From Candidatus Dasytiphilus stammeri (GTDB lineage Bacteria > Pseudomonadota > Gammaproteobacteria > Enterobacterales > Enterobacteriaceae), in assembly GCA_041941865.1 (NCBI GenBank), contig CP145873.1, positions 171,752 to 235,751 of the forward strand: a DNA stretch of 64,000 nucleotides. The letters are read 5' to 3'. Positions 19,456 through 29,934 of the stretch are shown here, piece by piece. Numbering within the stretch: position 1 is the stretch's first letter; each line of letters starts with the position of its first letter. Below the pieces are notes generated by a model. That model did not search any database, was not told where the DNA came from, and worked only from the letters and a program-made list of their open reading frames with translations. Made by a program: the position numbers and the translations under genes.

Positions 19456-20448
19456 TTAATTTACTTTATAACTTAAAAATGGATTCATCATATACTTTAA
19501 GAAATTCGACTGTTTTCCCCATAAAAAAATATTATTTTTACTAGAAAATCCCTTTTCATAAGCACGTAAACTTCTCAAAAAACTATAAAATTCGAAATTT
19601 TGAGAAAAATAAGTAGCATATAATTTTGTGACTATTGCATCTGCTTCTCCGCGAATTACAAGAGATTTTCTTTCTGCTTCCGATAATGTACGTATTACAT
19701 TATAATCTGCTACCGCTCGTATTTTTTCAGCCTGTTCTTTACCTTGTGATCTATGATGACGTGCATCTGCTTCTCGCTCAGCACGCATTCTATTATAAAT
19801 AGCTTCTGATACTTCTGAGGGTAAACTAATTTGTTTAATTCGTACATCAATTACTTCTATACCTAACATTGCTACACTATTTTGTTGAATATTTGCTGGA
19901 GAAGATAATATTAAATTTTTAGATGTTGTTATATTTACTTGATTTTTTTTATCATCTAAAGTTTGATGACAATTACTGCCTTGATTTAATGATCGTAAAA
20001 CAGTAGAAGTCAATTCTCCTCTCGAATCCGTTACAATATCTTTGACATTTAATCTTCCTATTTCTGAACGAAATCTATCATTAAATTTTCTTTTTAGTAA
20101 ATTTTCTGCCTGAAAAATATTTCCACCACCAGTAGTAGAATAAAAATTAGTAAAATCACTAATTCTCCACTTGATATAAGAATCAACTATTAAATCTTTC
20201 TTTTCCTTAGTAACAAAACGATCTGCTTTATTAACCATGGTTTGAATACGAGAATCAAAATATTTAATAGAATCAATAAAAGGAATTTTTAAATGTAATC
20301 CCGGTGTTAATAAAAAAGTATGATTATTATCGCGAATTACTTTGCCAAAACGTAGTAAAATTCCTCGTTGACCTTCTTCTACTGTAAATAAAGAAAAATT
20401 TAAGAAAATTAATATTCCACTGCAAATAATTATTAAATATTTGATCAT
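19456..20448 (-). CDS. hflC: FtsH protease modulator HflC
   Basis: 330 aa, SPFH/band-7 family. It aligns with E. coli HflC and lies downstream of hflK. Confidence 0.93.
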   Translation of the reverse strand: MIKYLIIICSGILIFLNFSLFTVEEGQRGILLRFGKVIRDNNHTFLLTPGLHLKIPFIDSIKYFDSRIQTMVNKADRFVTKEKKDLIVDSYIKWRISDFTNFYSTTGGGNIFQAENLLKRKFNDRFRSEIGRLNVKDIVTDSRGELTSTVLRSLNQGSNCHQTLDDKKNQVNITTSKNLILSSPANIQQNSVAMLGIEVIDVRIKQISLPSEVSEAIYNRMRAEREADARHHRSQGKEQAEKIRAVADYNVIRTLSEAERKSLVIRGEADAIVTKLYATYFSQNFEFYSFLRSLRAYEKGFSSKNNIFLWGKQSNFLKYMMNPFLSYKVN

Positions 20449-20543
20449 TTCTTATTCTCTATAAAATAATGATAATAGTAACTATCCAAGTACTAGATTT
20501 TAAAGATCTTCCATTGGAAATGAATTAATTTTAATAATGAAAA

Positions 20544-21641
20544 TTAATTTTTCATGGATAATAAGTTTTTTTCAGAATATAACTGAGTATTAAATAATTG
20601 TGGAAATGATATAATTCCTCCGTGAGGAAGATTATCATTTAAGATAAAATTATAAGTATTATTTATTATATGTTCCATTGTTTCAATATATAAACGTTCT
20701 TTAGTAACTTGAGGAGATATTTTATATTGTGATAAAATTTGAGTAAATTGAATGACTTCACCTTGAGCTTGCAAAATAGAACGTGTTTTATAAGCATAAG
20801 CATTTTCAATTATTCGTTGTGCTTGTCCATTAGCTTGAGGTTGTACTTCATTAGAATATGCTTCTGCTTCTCTTATATATTGTTGTTCATTTTCTCTGGC
20901 TGAGATTGCATCATCAAATGATGCTTTGACTTCTTCCGGTGCACGTGCTGTTTGAAAATTTACATCTAGTATGCTAATACCCATATCATATGGGTTAATA
21001 GTTTGTTCTAATTCTAGATGAGTATCACTACGTATAATAGTACGTCCTTCAGTAAGGATAGTATCCATACTATATTTTCCAATAACCCCACGTAATGCAC
21101 TATCAGTAGCTTGTCGTAAACTATCATCTGGATTAACAACTGAAAATAAATATTTTCTGGGGTTAATCACACGATACTGGACATTCATTTCAACATGTAC
21201 TACATTTTCATCAGAAGTAAGCATAATTCCTGATGCTGCTAATTCTCGTATAGTTTTTACATTAACAGTATGAACCATATCTATAAATTTCAATTTCCAA
21301 TTTAATCCTGGTTCTACGATATGATGAAATTTTCCAAAACGAGTTATCACTCCAATATCTGTTTCTTGAATAGTATAAAAACCACTAATAATCCAAATAA
21401 TTAAAGAAATAATTATTAATAAGTAATAAATTTTTTTTGATAAAAAAAATTTGTTTAAAGAATTGTGACCATTCTTACTAGAAGTATGAATTTTCCATCT
21501 GAAATTAAAATAATCATTATATATTCTGGATATAATATTTTCATTTATAAAAATTTTTTTTTCATAGCAAATATGAGGTTTGCTAAATTTGTTCAAAAAC
21601 ATCACTATATTTCGAATAATACATTGAAAACTAATCCACAT
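20544..21641 (-). CDS. hflK: FtsH protease modulator HflK (exact start uncertain)
   Basis: SGFYTIQETDIGVITRFGKFHHIVEPGLNWK and LTSDENVVHVEMNVQYRV..DDSLRQATDSALRGVIGKY are near-identical to E. coli HflK. The N-terminal ~70 aa are not conserved. Confidence 0.92.
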   Translation of the reverse strand: MWISFQCIIRNIVMFLNKFSKPHICYEKKIFINENIISRIYNDYFNFRWKIHTSSKNGHNSLNKFFLSKKIYYLLIIISLIIWIISGFYTIQETDIGVITRFGKFHHIVEPGLNWKLKFIDMVHTVNVKTIRELAASGIMLTSDENVVHVEMNVQYRVINPRKYLFSVVNPDDSLRQATDSALRGVIGKYSMDTILTEGRTIIRSDTHLELEQTINPYDMGISILDVNFQTARAPEEVKASFDDAISARENEQQYIREAEAYSNEVQPQANGQAQRIIENAYAYKTRSILQAQGEVIQFTQILSQYKISPQVTKERLYIETMEHIINNTYNFILNDNLPHGGIISFPQLFNTQLYSEKNLLSMKN

Positions 21642-21838
21642 GAGAATATATACTCCAGGAGTTATTAAAAAAAATATAATATTAATATTTTTTTTTAAAA
21701 AAAATCCAAAAAATATTTTACAAAAACCAAATAATATTAATAATCTATTTGAAGTTAGGAAATTATTACTTCTTTAAGCTAAGTTAATAAACTAACTAAT
21801 TTTTTTCTTCTATTATGACATAAATGATCTAATTATTT

Positions 21839-22807
21839 TCACTGAAAATAGTTTGGATAATAAGTTTTGATTATTTGTAATACTTTATTACAAGTTAACT
21901 CTAGATTAAATTCATTACTATCTATCCAATAAAGATTTTGTTTTGGCCATTTATTTAACCAAGTAAATTGATGTTTTGCCAAGTGTCGTGTTGCAAAAAT
22001 ACTTTGATTAATCATATCTATATAACTTATATTACCTTGAATATAAGACCACATTTGACGATAACCAACACTACGCATAGAAGGCATATTTACATTTAGA
22101 TCTCCTCTCTCAATTAATTTTTGTACTTCACCTTCAAAATTATTGTGAATAAACTTCAAAAAACGATGATCTATTCGTCTATATAAATTATCTTTACATG
22201 ACGGAGCGAGGATAAATTGAACTATTTCATATGGTAATTTTTGTCCCGATGTTTTTTTTAAGAAAGATAAAGTTTTACCAGATACTAAAAATACTTCTAA
22301 TGCTCGTGATAATCTTTGATAATCGTTAGGATGAATGAATTTTGCAGATATTGGATCTATAATTGATATTTGTTGATAAATATAATTCCAACCTTTGTGA
22401 TCAGCTTTTTGTTGAATATATTTTCTAATGAAATTATCAGCAGATGGCAAGGGAGATAATCCATTAAGTAAAGCCTTAAAATAAAGCATACTCCCTCCCA
22501 CAAGTAAAGGAACATGTTCTTGTTGATAAATTTTTTTCATTTCTATTTTAGCTTCAGAACAAAAATTAGCTACTGAATAGTATTCAGAAGGATCTTTAAT
22601 ATTTACTAAACGATGTGGAACAGAACGTAATACCTCAGGATCAGGTTTACCAGTTCCTATGTTCATATCACGATATATAAGAGCAGAATCTACACTGATA
22701 ATTTCTACTGGAAGAAATTTTCGTAAACAAATAGCTAATTTTGTTTTTCCTACCGCAGTTGGTCCCATTAAAAAAATGGCAATTTTTTTTCTGGAAATTT
22801 TATGCAT
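21839..22807 (-). CDS. miaA: tRNA dimethylallyltransferase MiaA
   Basis: 322 aa. It has the GPTAVGKT P-loop and ISVDSALIYRDMNIGTGKP, and follows mutL as in E. coli. Confidence 0.94.
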   Translation of the reverse strand: MHKISRKKIAIFLMGPTAVGKTKLAICLRKFLPVEIISVDSALIYRDMNIGTGKPDPEVLRSVPHRLVNIKDPSEYYSVANFCSEAKIEMKKIYQQEHVPLLVGGSMLYFKALLNGLSPLPSADNFIRKYIQQKADHKGWNYIYQQISIIDPISAKFIHPNDYQRLSRALEVFLVSGKTLSFLKKTSGQKLPYEIVQFILAPSCKDNLYRRIDHRFLKFIHNNFEGEVQKLIERGDLNVNMPSMRSVGYRQMWSYIQGNISYIDMINQSIFATRHLAKHQFTWLNKWPKQNLYWIDSNEFNLELTCNKVLQIIKTYYPNYFQ

Positions 22808-22812
22808 AAACT

Positions 22813-24558
22813 TTAAAAAGTAAGTTCTTGAACTATTTTGGTAAGATTTAATCGTTGTAAAAAATTCTTAGGAGAATTATGTACTAATTGAGGATATAAT
22901 GTTGCAGTATGCACTAATAAATCATTAGCTTGAATAATATCCCAATGATTATTTTTTTCTGTAATCTTATTTATAATCCAGTTGACAATTTTGTTAACAG
23001 AACAATTTGAATTCTCTGAAATAAAATCTAATAATTGTGGTATTAAGTACTTATATAGTTCTGGTTCGCATAATGGTATTGGAACTGATTTAAGTATTAG
23101 ATAATTTTGACTGAAAACTAAAACAATACCTATTTTTTTTAAAACATTACTATATAACTTTATAATTTCATGACAATTTCTTTCTATCTTGAATAAAAAA
23201 GGAAAAATTAACTGTTTAGTTTTTATTGTTTTTTTTTCTGAGTCTAAATAATATTGAAATATTAATTTTTGAGCCATGGATAATGAAATTAGCATAAGTG
23301 TATCATTATCTTCTACTACGGCTATTACTTTTTTGAAGATAGTAAGAACACGACCAAAATGGGAACTATTATTTTTAGTTTTAGTATGAGTATTTTCTTT
23401 GAAAGATAAAAAATTATCTAAAGATAAGGAGTTTTTTGGAAAAAATAAATCATTTTTTTTTGAACAATTCTCTTGTAATATCACTGGTTCAGTAGATTCA
23501 AAAGGAACCATTAATGTCTTGTTTAATTGAATTTGTTTATTTTGATTTTTTATAAGAGTATTATTTATTGCTTGGTAAATAAAATCATGTACTAATCTGT
23601 TTTGATAAAATCGAACATCACGTTTAGTAGGATGAACATTAATATCTACTTCTTCATATTTGATCTCTAGATAAAGTACAAATTTAATATTATTACTAAT
23701 AATAATATTGTTTTGTTGATTTTGATAAGCTTTTCGAATTGCATTATTCATAAGTCTATTATGTACTATTCGACCATTAACATAAAAATATTTTATCTCC
23801 CGAGAGATATGTATAATTGATAATTGTGTGATCCAACCATATAACTTGAGACCATTTGCAGTAAAATTGACATCAATTTTATGAGAATAAAATTCTCTTC
23901 CACAAATAACAGCTAATCTTTTTTTATTTTTTATATTATCTTGTATTCGATGATAGTATCGAATTAATTTTCCATTGTGGACTAGTTTAATAGAAATATC
24001 AAATCGTGATAGAGCAACACAACGTACAACTTCATCAATATAAGAAAATTCGCGTTGTTCAGTTCTTAGTAATTTTCGACGAGCTGGAGTATTATAAAAA
24101 AGATCTATAATATCTAATGTTGTACCTACAGGATGAACGGTAGGAAAAATTTTTAGATTATAACTCAACAAAACTGGACATTCTACATATGTGTAATATG
24201 CTATATCATTTTTATTTATACGAGAAGTTAAATGTAATTTCGACACAGAACATAAACTTGCTAACGCTTCTCCTCTAAAACCAAAACTATGGATATTATT
24301 TAAATCTTCTATGGTATAAATTTTACTAGTAGCATGATTGAGTAAAGCTAATTGAAAATCTTCTCTATGAAGACCACATCCGTTATCTCGAATTCGAATT
24401 AGTCTTGTTCCACCTTTTTCAATAAAAATTTCTATATTATTAGCTCCAGCATCTAAACTATTTTCTATTAATTCCTTTACAACTGATGCGGGTCTTTCTA
24501 CTATTTCACCAGCAGCAATTTGGTTAATAACTTGAGGAGATAATTGGTGTATATGCAT
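22813..24558 (-). CDS. mutL: DNA mismatch repair protein MutL
   Basis: 581 aa. It has the GHKL ATPase motifs IAAGEIVERPASVVKELIENSLDAGA and FGFRGEALASL. Confidence 0.94.
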   Translation of the reverse strand: MHIHQLSPQVINQIAAGEIVERPASVVKELIENSLDAGANNIEIFIEKGGTRLIRIRDNGCGLHREDFQLALLNHATSKIYTIEDLNNIHSFGFRGEALASLCSVSKLHLTSRINKNDIAYYTYVECPVLLSYNLKIFPTVHPVGTTLDIIDLFYNTPARRKLLRTEQREFSYIDEVVRCVALSRFDISIKLVHNGKLIRYYHRIQDNIKNKKRLAVICGREFYSHKIDVNFTANGLKLYGWITQLSIIHISREIKYFYVNGRIVHNRLMNNAIRKAYQNQQNNIIISNNIKFVLYLEIKYEEVDINVHPTKRDVRFYQNRLVHDFIYQAINNTLIKNQNKQIQLNKTLMVPFESTEPVILQENCSKKNDLFFPKNSLSLDNFLSFKENTHTKTKNNSSHFGRVLTIFKKVIAVVEDNDTLMLISLSMAQKLIFQYYLDSEKKTIKTKQLIFPFLFKIERNCHEIIKLYSNVLKKIGIVLVFSQNYLILKSVPIPLCEPELYKYLIPQLLDFISENSNCSVNKIVNWIINKITEKNNHWDIIQANDLLVHTATLYPQLVHNSPKNFLQRLNLTKIVQELTF

Positions 24559-25240
24559 ATTAAGATTAATATGTTTAATAGTTAGAAGAAATTAAATTAT
24601 TTCTAAATATTAGAGATGCATTATTCATTAATTTATTTATATCCACCAGTAAAGATTGATCATTTTGATTACATATTTTTACAAAAATTACATTTAACTA
24701 ACTAAAAATAAGTTTTTGTTTGGATATAATCCGAATAAAGTAATATATTTTAAGTTAGTCATTGATTATTTAATTTATGGTGAAACTTTTATAAAGTCAA
24801 AAATTTTTTTCATTTTAGTATTTTGCTTAATTTTTCTATTCTAATATTAATTTAGGTTTAATTGATAATATCAAAATTATATTTAACTTATAAGTAAAAA
24901 TTTATACTAATGTACCTAATTTTTCATTTTCATGTAAATTGTGAAATAATCTTCATCTCTTTCGAGATTTATACATCTAATTCATAATAATTTTTCATAT
25001 TTTCTCTGAGAGGTAAGTTTTTTATAGAAACAATTTTTTATAAGAAATATTACCTTCCAAAAAATTTTTTTATTGAAACTACTAAATTAGTATCGAAAAG
25101 AAATGAATTTCCTTTACTATATATTTTTTTTGATTATAGATTTAGGATAAAATTTTATAAAAATTTTAACTGAATAATTTGTTTTGAAAATATAAATATT
25201 ATTAACTTTTACAGTGTTAAACAACATCCAATATTTCTTA

Positions 25241-25313
25241 AGCGGGAAACGAGATTCGAACTCGCGACCCCAACCTTGGCAAGGTTGTACTCTACCAACT
25301 GAGCTATTCCCGC
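25241..25313 (-). tRNA. glyV: tRNA-Gly (anticodon GCC)
   Basis: The reverse complement GCGGGAATAGCTCAGTTGGTAGAGTACAACCTTGCCAAGGTTGGGGTCGCGAGTTCGAATCTCGTTTCCCGCT is near-identical to E. coli glyV/X/Y. It lies next to orn as in E. coli. No CCA is encoded (the flank reads TAA). Confidence 0.92.
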
Positions 25314-25365
25314 AATGTTGAAAATAGTTTAGACTAAATAATATTTTTATCAATCTTATTATACT

Positions 25366-25911
25366 TTATAATTGAAGAAAGTATTTTCGATAATATACTA
25401 GTTCAGCCACTGATCCCCGAATATCTTCAAGTGCTTGATGTTTGCATTTTTTCTTTAATCCTGCTAAGAGTTGAGGTTTCCAGCGTTTTACTAGTTCTTT
25501 TAAGGTGCTTACATCTAAATAACGATAATGAAAATAAGTTTCAAGTTTTGGCATATAATGTAATAAAAAACGACGATCTTGTCCTATACTGTTTCCACAA
25601 ATTGGCGAATAATTTTTTGGTACCCAATTTTTTAAAAATTTTAACGTAGCTTTTTCTGCAGCACGTTCATTATATTTACTAACTATAACTCGATTAATCA
25701 ATCCACTTGTAGTATGTGTTCGTATATTCCACTGGTCCATCTGTAAAAGTATGGACTGTGGTTGATAGACTGCTAATACTGGTCCTTCCGCCAAAATATT
25801 TAAACTAACATCGGTGACTAACGTTGCTATTTCAATAATTCGATTATTAATTGGATTGAGTCCTGTCATTTCTAAATCAATCCAAATTAGATTATTATGC
25901 TTAATATTCAT
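25366..25911 (-). CDS. orn: Oligoribonuclease
   Basis: 181 aa. [12 protein letters not shown] and HQALEDI are DEDDh exonuclease motifs. Confidence 0.94.
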   Translation of the reverse strand: MNIKHNNLIWIDLEMTGLNPINNRIIEIATLVTDVSLNILAEGPVLAVYQPQSILLQMDQWNIRTHTTSGLINRVIVSKYNERAAEKATLKFLKNWVPKNYSPICGNSIGQDRRFLLHYMPKLETYFHYRYLDVSTLKELVKRWKPQLLAGLKKKCKHQALEDIRGSVAELVYYRKYFLQL

Positions 25912-26069
25912 TAAACTTATTCTTATCCTTAGATAATAAATGGATCCAAATTAGCTTGATATTATGAATATATTAAATAAATATTATCAATATTATATTA
26001 GTAAAAATTTTTTTTAGTTAGAAATTTTTTTTAAAAGAATATTTTTATATTTGTCACAGACAAATTCTA

Positions 26070-27053
26070 TTAACATCTATCTACGCTAAAAGCTATAACT
26101 TTACTTAATTTTTTCATTTTTAGTGCAATCATAATTAATCTATCTACTCCTAATGCTACTCCTGAACAAAATGGTAATCCCTGTTTAATAGCAGTTATCA
26201 AATTATTATCAATTGGTTGTTTTTGTTTTCCTATGAGAGTACGAATATTATTGTTATTTTCAAAACGCCTGCAGTGTTCTATACTATCTGTTAATTCATT
26301 AAAACCATTAGCTAATTCTATTCCTTGATAATATAATTCAAAACGTTCTGCTACTCGAGGATCATCAACATTAATAGTTGCTAGTGATGCTTGCGAAATT
26401 GGAAAATTATATATAAATATAGGTTGTTTAAATCCTATTATTGAACTAACCAAATGAGATAATAATAATTGTAATAATGTATCATTACTTTCGTTTATCC
26501 AATTATGCAAATCAAGGGATAGTAATTTTACTATTTTTTGTAAATCTTTTTTCTCGGCTAATAGAGGGTCAATATTGAAATATTTAATAAATAAATTTTG
26601 ATAAGATATTTTCTCCGCTATTCCACAATTAAGAATTTTATGTAATAGATCATTGACTTCATTCATTAATTTATATATATTATATTTTGGTTGATACCAT
26701 TCAAGCATAGTAAATTCTGGATTATGAATAGAACCAAATTCTCTATTACGAAAACAATGACAAATTTGATATATAGGTCCTATTCCTGCTACTAATAATC
26801 TCTTCATATGATATTCTGGACTTGTTATAAGATATAATTGTTGTTTTTTTTGTCCTCCTGGTTTCCAAAATGTTGTTTGAAAAGAATCAATATACACATC
26901 ACTAACTGTTGATTGACTAAGCGAAGGAGTATCTACTTCTAGTATATTTCGATCAGAAAAAAATTTTCTTATAGAAGAAATAATATCTGCTCTCTTGACT
27001 AAATTAATTATCGATGCATTTGGTTTCCAAGTATTCTCAATAAAATTTTGCAT
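26070..27053 (-). CDS. epmA: EF-P--(R)-beta-lysine ligase EpmA (PoxA/GenX)
   Basis: 327 aa. TSPEYHMKRLLVAGIGPIYQICHCFRN, HNPEFTMLEWY, GIELANGFNELTD and CSGVALGVDRL align with E. coli EpmA. Confidence 0.93.
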   Translation of the reverse strand: MQNFIENTWKPNASIINLVKRADIISSIRKFFSDRNILEVDTPSLSQSTVSDVYIDSFQTTFWKPGGQKKQQLYLITSPEYHMKRLLVAGIGPIYQICHCFRNREFGSIHNPEFTMLEWYQPKYNIYKLMNEVNDLLHKILNCGIAEKISYQNLFIKYFNIDPLLAEKKDLQKIVKLLSLDLHNWINESNDTLLQLLLSHLVSSIIGFKQPIFIYNFPISQASLATINVDDPRVAERFELYYQGIELANGFNELTDSIEHCRRFENNNNIRTLIGKQKQPIDNNLITAIKQGLPFCSGVALGVDRLIMIALKMKKLSKVIAFSVDRC

Positions 27054-27082
27054 AATTTATCCTTTTATTGAAGTAAAATTAT

Positions 27083-27646
27083 TTATTTAACACGTGAAAC
27101 ATATTCACTACTCCTAGTATTTATTTTTACTATATCACCTTCTTGAACAAATAAGGGAACTTTTATTATTGCTCCGGTATTTAATGTAGCTAATTTATTT
27201 CCTGCTCCTATAGAATCTCCTTTTAAAGGAGGATCAGTATATGTTATTGTTAATTCCATATAATTTGGAGGAGTTACTGCTATTGGTTTTTCATTCCACA
27301 AAGTAACTGTATAATCCACATTATTAGATAACCATTTAACAGTATTTCCTACTGCTTTTTTATCAGCAGCTATTTGTTCAAAAGTATTATTATTCATAAA
27401 ATACCAAAATATTTGATCATTATATAAATAAATTAAATTTATCTCTAAAATATCTGCTTGCTCTGCAGTATCCGTAGTTTTAAAGGTTTTATCAATAAGC
27501 TGTCCTGTTAATAAACGTCTCATTTTTACACGGACAAATGATTGTCCTTTTCCTGGTTTGACAAATTCACTGGATTCAATACAATAAGGTTCTTGATTCC
27601 AGATAATTTTTAGATCACAATAAAAATCATTAGGATAATAAATCAT
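27083..27646 (-). CDS. efp: Translation elongation factor P
   Basis: 187 aa. The loop [22 protein letters not shown] carries the modified Lys34 equivalent, and the C-terminus is EYVSRVK. Confidence 0.96.
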   Translation of the reverse strand: MIYYPNDFYCDLKIIWNQEPYCIESSEFVKPGKGQSFVRVKMRRLLTGQLIDKTFKTTDTAEQADILEINLIYLYNDQIFWYFMNNNTFEQIAADKKAVGNTVKWLSNNVDYTVTLWNEKPIAVTPPNYMELTITYTDPPLKGDSIGAGNKLATLNTGAIIKVPLFVQEGDIVKINTRSSEYVSRVK

Positions 27647-27698
27647 GATTAATTTCTTTAATTAATTTTATAATTTTTTAATAAAATATGGTATCAGT

Positions 27699-28706
27699 AT
27701 GAGTGCATCTCATCGAGAAGTTTGGTTACAACAACTATCGGATGTTGTAACTGAACCTAAACAATTATTACAAATATTAAAACTAGATAATAATCACTCG
27801 CTATTAGAAGTGTTAAAAGTACGAAAATTATTTCCTCTTAGAGTTCCACGAACATTTATCGCCCGTATGCGATTAAGTGACCCATCTGACCCCTTATTAT
27901 TACAAGTCTTAATCACACAGCAAGAATTAATGACAGTACCTTCGTATACTACTGATCCTTTGCAAGAAATAAATTATATAGCTTGTCCAGGGTTAATCCA
28001 TAAATATTATAATCGAGCGTTACTTTTAGTAAAAAATAGTTGTGCTGTACATTGTCGATATTGTTTTCGTCGCTATTTTCCTTATCAGCAAAATTATTTA
28101 ACCAAAAAAAATTTTTTTTCTATAGTCCAATATCTACATAAACATTCCGAAATAGAAGAAATTATTTTTTCTGGCGGTGATCCATTACTGGCAAAAGATT
28201 ATGAATTAGACAGAATTATTTCGCAATTAGAAAATATTCCTCATTTAAAAAGATTAAGAATTCATACACGTCTCCCAGTAGTTATTCCTTCTAGAATTAC
28301 TAAAAATTTATGTCAAATTTTAGCTAATACTAAATTTATAATAATTTTAGTTACTCATATTAATCATCATCAAGAAATCGATCATACTTTGCATTCGAGT
28401 ATGTATTCTTTAAAAAAAGCGGGAGTAACTCTTCTTAATCAAAGTGTTTTACTCCGTGGAATTAATGATAATAGTCATAAATTAGCAAAATTAAGTAATG
28501 CTCTTTTTAATATAGGAATATTACCATATTATTTAAATATGTTAGATAAAGTACAAGGTACTTCTCATTTTGCTGTTTCAGAAGAACAAGCTAAAGTTAT
28601 TATGCGGGATTTATTTTCACGTGTATCTGGTTATTTAGTGCCAACTCTTATACGAGAAGAAAATGGAAAAAAAAGTAAAATTCCCATTGATTTAAATTTT
28701 AAATAA
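27699..28706 (+). CDS. epmB: EF-P beta-lysylation lysine 2,3-aminomutase EpmB (YjeK)
   Basis: 335 aa. It has the radical-SAM motif CAVHCRYCFRR, IFSGGDPL and LNQSVLLRGINDN. It is divergent from efp as in E. coli. Confidence 0.94.
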   Translation: MSASHREVWLQQLSDVVTEPKQLLQILKLDNNHSLLEVLKVRKLFPLRVPRTFIARMRLSDPSDPLLLQVLITQQELMTVPSYTTDPLQEINYIACPGLIHKYYNRALLLVKNSCAVHCRYCFRRYFPYQQNYLTKKNFFSIVQYLHKHSEIEEIIFSGGDPLLAKDYELDRIISQLENIPHLKRLRIHTRLPVVIPSRITKNLCQILANTKFIIILVTHINHHQEIDHTLHSSMYSLKKAGVTLLNQSVLLRGINDNSHKLAKLSNALFNIGILPYYLNMLDKVQGTSHFAVSEEQAKVIMRDLFSRVSGYLVPTLIREENGKKSKIPIDLNFK

Positions 28707-28709
28707 TTG

Positions 28710-29600
28710 TTATTTCTCACGAATAATAATATATTTAGCCACTACCTGTAATGGTTTTGTATTAAAAGATTTTAAGCTACTTAAAGCATCTAAAGATTCT
28801 TTATATAAGTTTTGTAATTCTTTTTTTGCAGTTTTTATTCCTAACTGAGAAGGATAGGTACTTTTTTTTAAAAATTTATCTGATCCTGGTATCTTTCCTG
28901 TTAGGTTTTTATTCCCTACTACATTTAAGATATCATCCTTAACTTGAAATGCTAAACCAATAGCCTGAGCATATTTATCTAAAGCAGGCAATACTTCTAA
29001 ATATTTTTCTGAAGTTAACGCTCCTAAACGTATAGCAGCACTAATAAGTGATCCAGTTTTATAGATATGAATACGAGATACTGCTTCTTTAGTTAATTTT
29101 TTACCTGTTGATGCTAAGTCAAATGACTGTCCCATACACATCCCAGATACTCCACTCGCATTTGATAATTCTCTAATCATTTCTAATCTAGTAGCTAGAC
29201 TTACTCCCGGCATAGGACTATTAGATAAAATTGTAAATGCTAAAGTTTGCAGTGCATTACCCGCTAAAATAGCAGAAGCTTCTCCAAATTTCACATGACA
29301 TGTTGGTTGTCCTCTCCGTAATATATCATTATCCATACTTGGTAAATCATCATGAATTAATGAATAAGCATGAATGCATTCAATAGCCACCGCCGGAACA
29401 TCTAAACCATTATTATTTGTATTTAACATTTCACCAGTAGCATAAACTAAAGCTGGACGAATTCTCTTACCTTCTGTTAATAGACCATATTTCATCGCCT
29501 CAACTAATTGGGTATTTTGAAAAGGAAGATCTTTCATAAAACGTTGTAATGCAATATTACTGCGTTGATTATATGACTTTAACAATAATGTAATATTCAT
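28710..29600 (-). CDS. ispA: Farnesyl diphosphate synthase IspA
   Basis: 296 aa. It has LIHDDLPSMDNDILRRG (first DDxxD) and VKDDILN (second DDxxD), and overlaps xseB by 4 nt. Confidence 0.94.
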   Translation of the reverse strand: MNITLLLKSYNQRSNIALQRFMKDLPFQNTQLVEAMKYGLLTEGKRIRPALVYATGEMLNTNNNGLDVPAVAIECIHAYSLIHDDLPSMDNDILRRGQPTCHVKFGEASAILAGNALQTLAFTILSNSPMPGVSLATRLEMIRELSNASGVSGMCMGQSFDLASTGKKLTKEAVSRIHIYKTGSLISAAIRLGALTSEKYLEVLPALDKYAQAIGLAFQVKDDILNVVGNKNLTGKIPGSDKFLKKSTYPSQLGIKTAKKELQNLYKESLDALSSLKSFNTKPLQVVAKYIIIREK

Positions 29601-29851
29601 TTTTTCGATTGATTATCAGAGGGAAAATTTGATAATATAGGATCATTATCTTGATTGAGTAATACTTGAACTCTTTGTTCAGCTTCTTGTAATGTCTGTT
29701 GGCTTATTCGTGCTAATTGTACGCCTTTTTCAAAGGCTATTATTGCTTCTTCTAATGGTAATTCACCTTTTTCTAAAAATGACACTATTTCTTCAAGTTG
29801 TTGAAGCGCAGACTCAAAAGTTAAATTTTGATTATTCTTATCTTTAATCAT
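29597..29851 (-). CDS. xseB: Exodeoxyribonuclease VII small subunit
   Basis: 84 aa. FESALQQLEEIVSFLEKGELPLEEAIIAFEKGVQLAR matches, and the xseB-ispA order is as in E. coli. Confidence 0.92.
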   Translation of the reverse strand: MIKDKNNQNLTFESALQQLEEIVSFLEKGELPLEEAIIAFEKGVQLARISQQTLQEAEQRVQVLLNQDNDPILSNFPSDNQSKK

Positions 29852-29934
29852 AATAATTTATCTGTCGATGATTGAAATATAGATTTATTTTTCTTAGAAA
29901 AATTATAACAAATAGTAATCAACTATAAATTATA

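Noticed and set aside
25117-25353. A 78-aa minus-strand ORF.
   Set aside because: It runs straight through the tRNA-Gly(GCC) gene. Its only non-low-complexity part is the translated tRNA.
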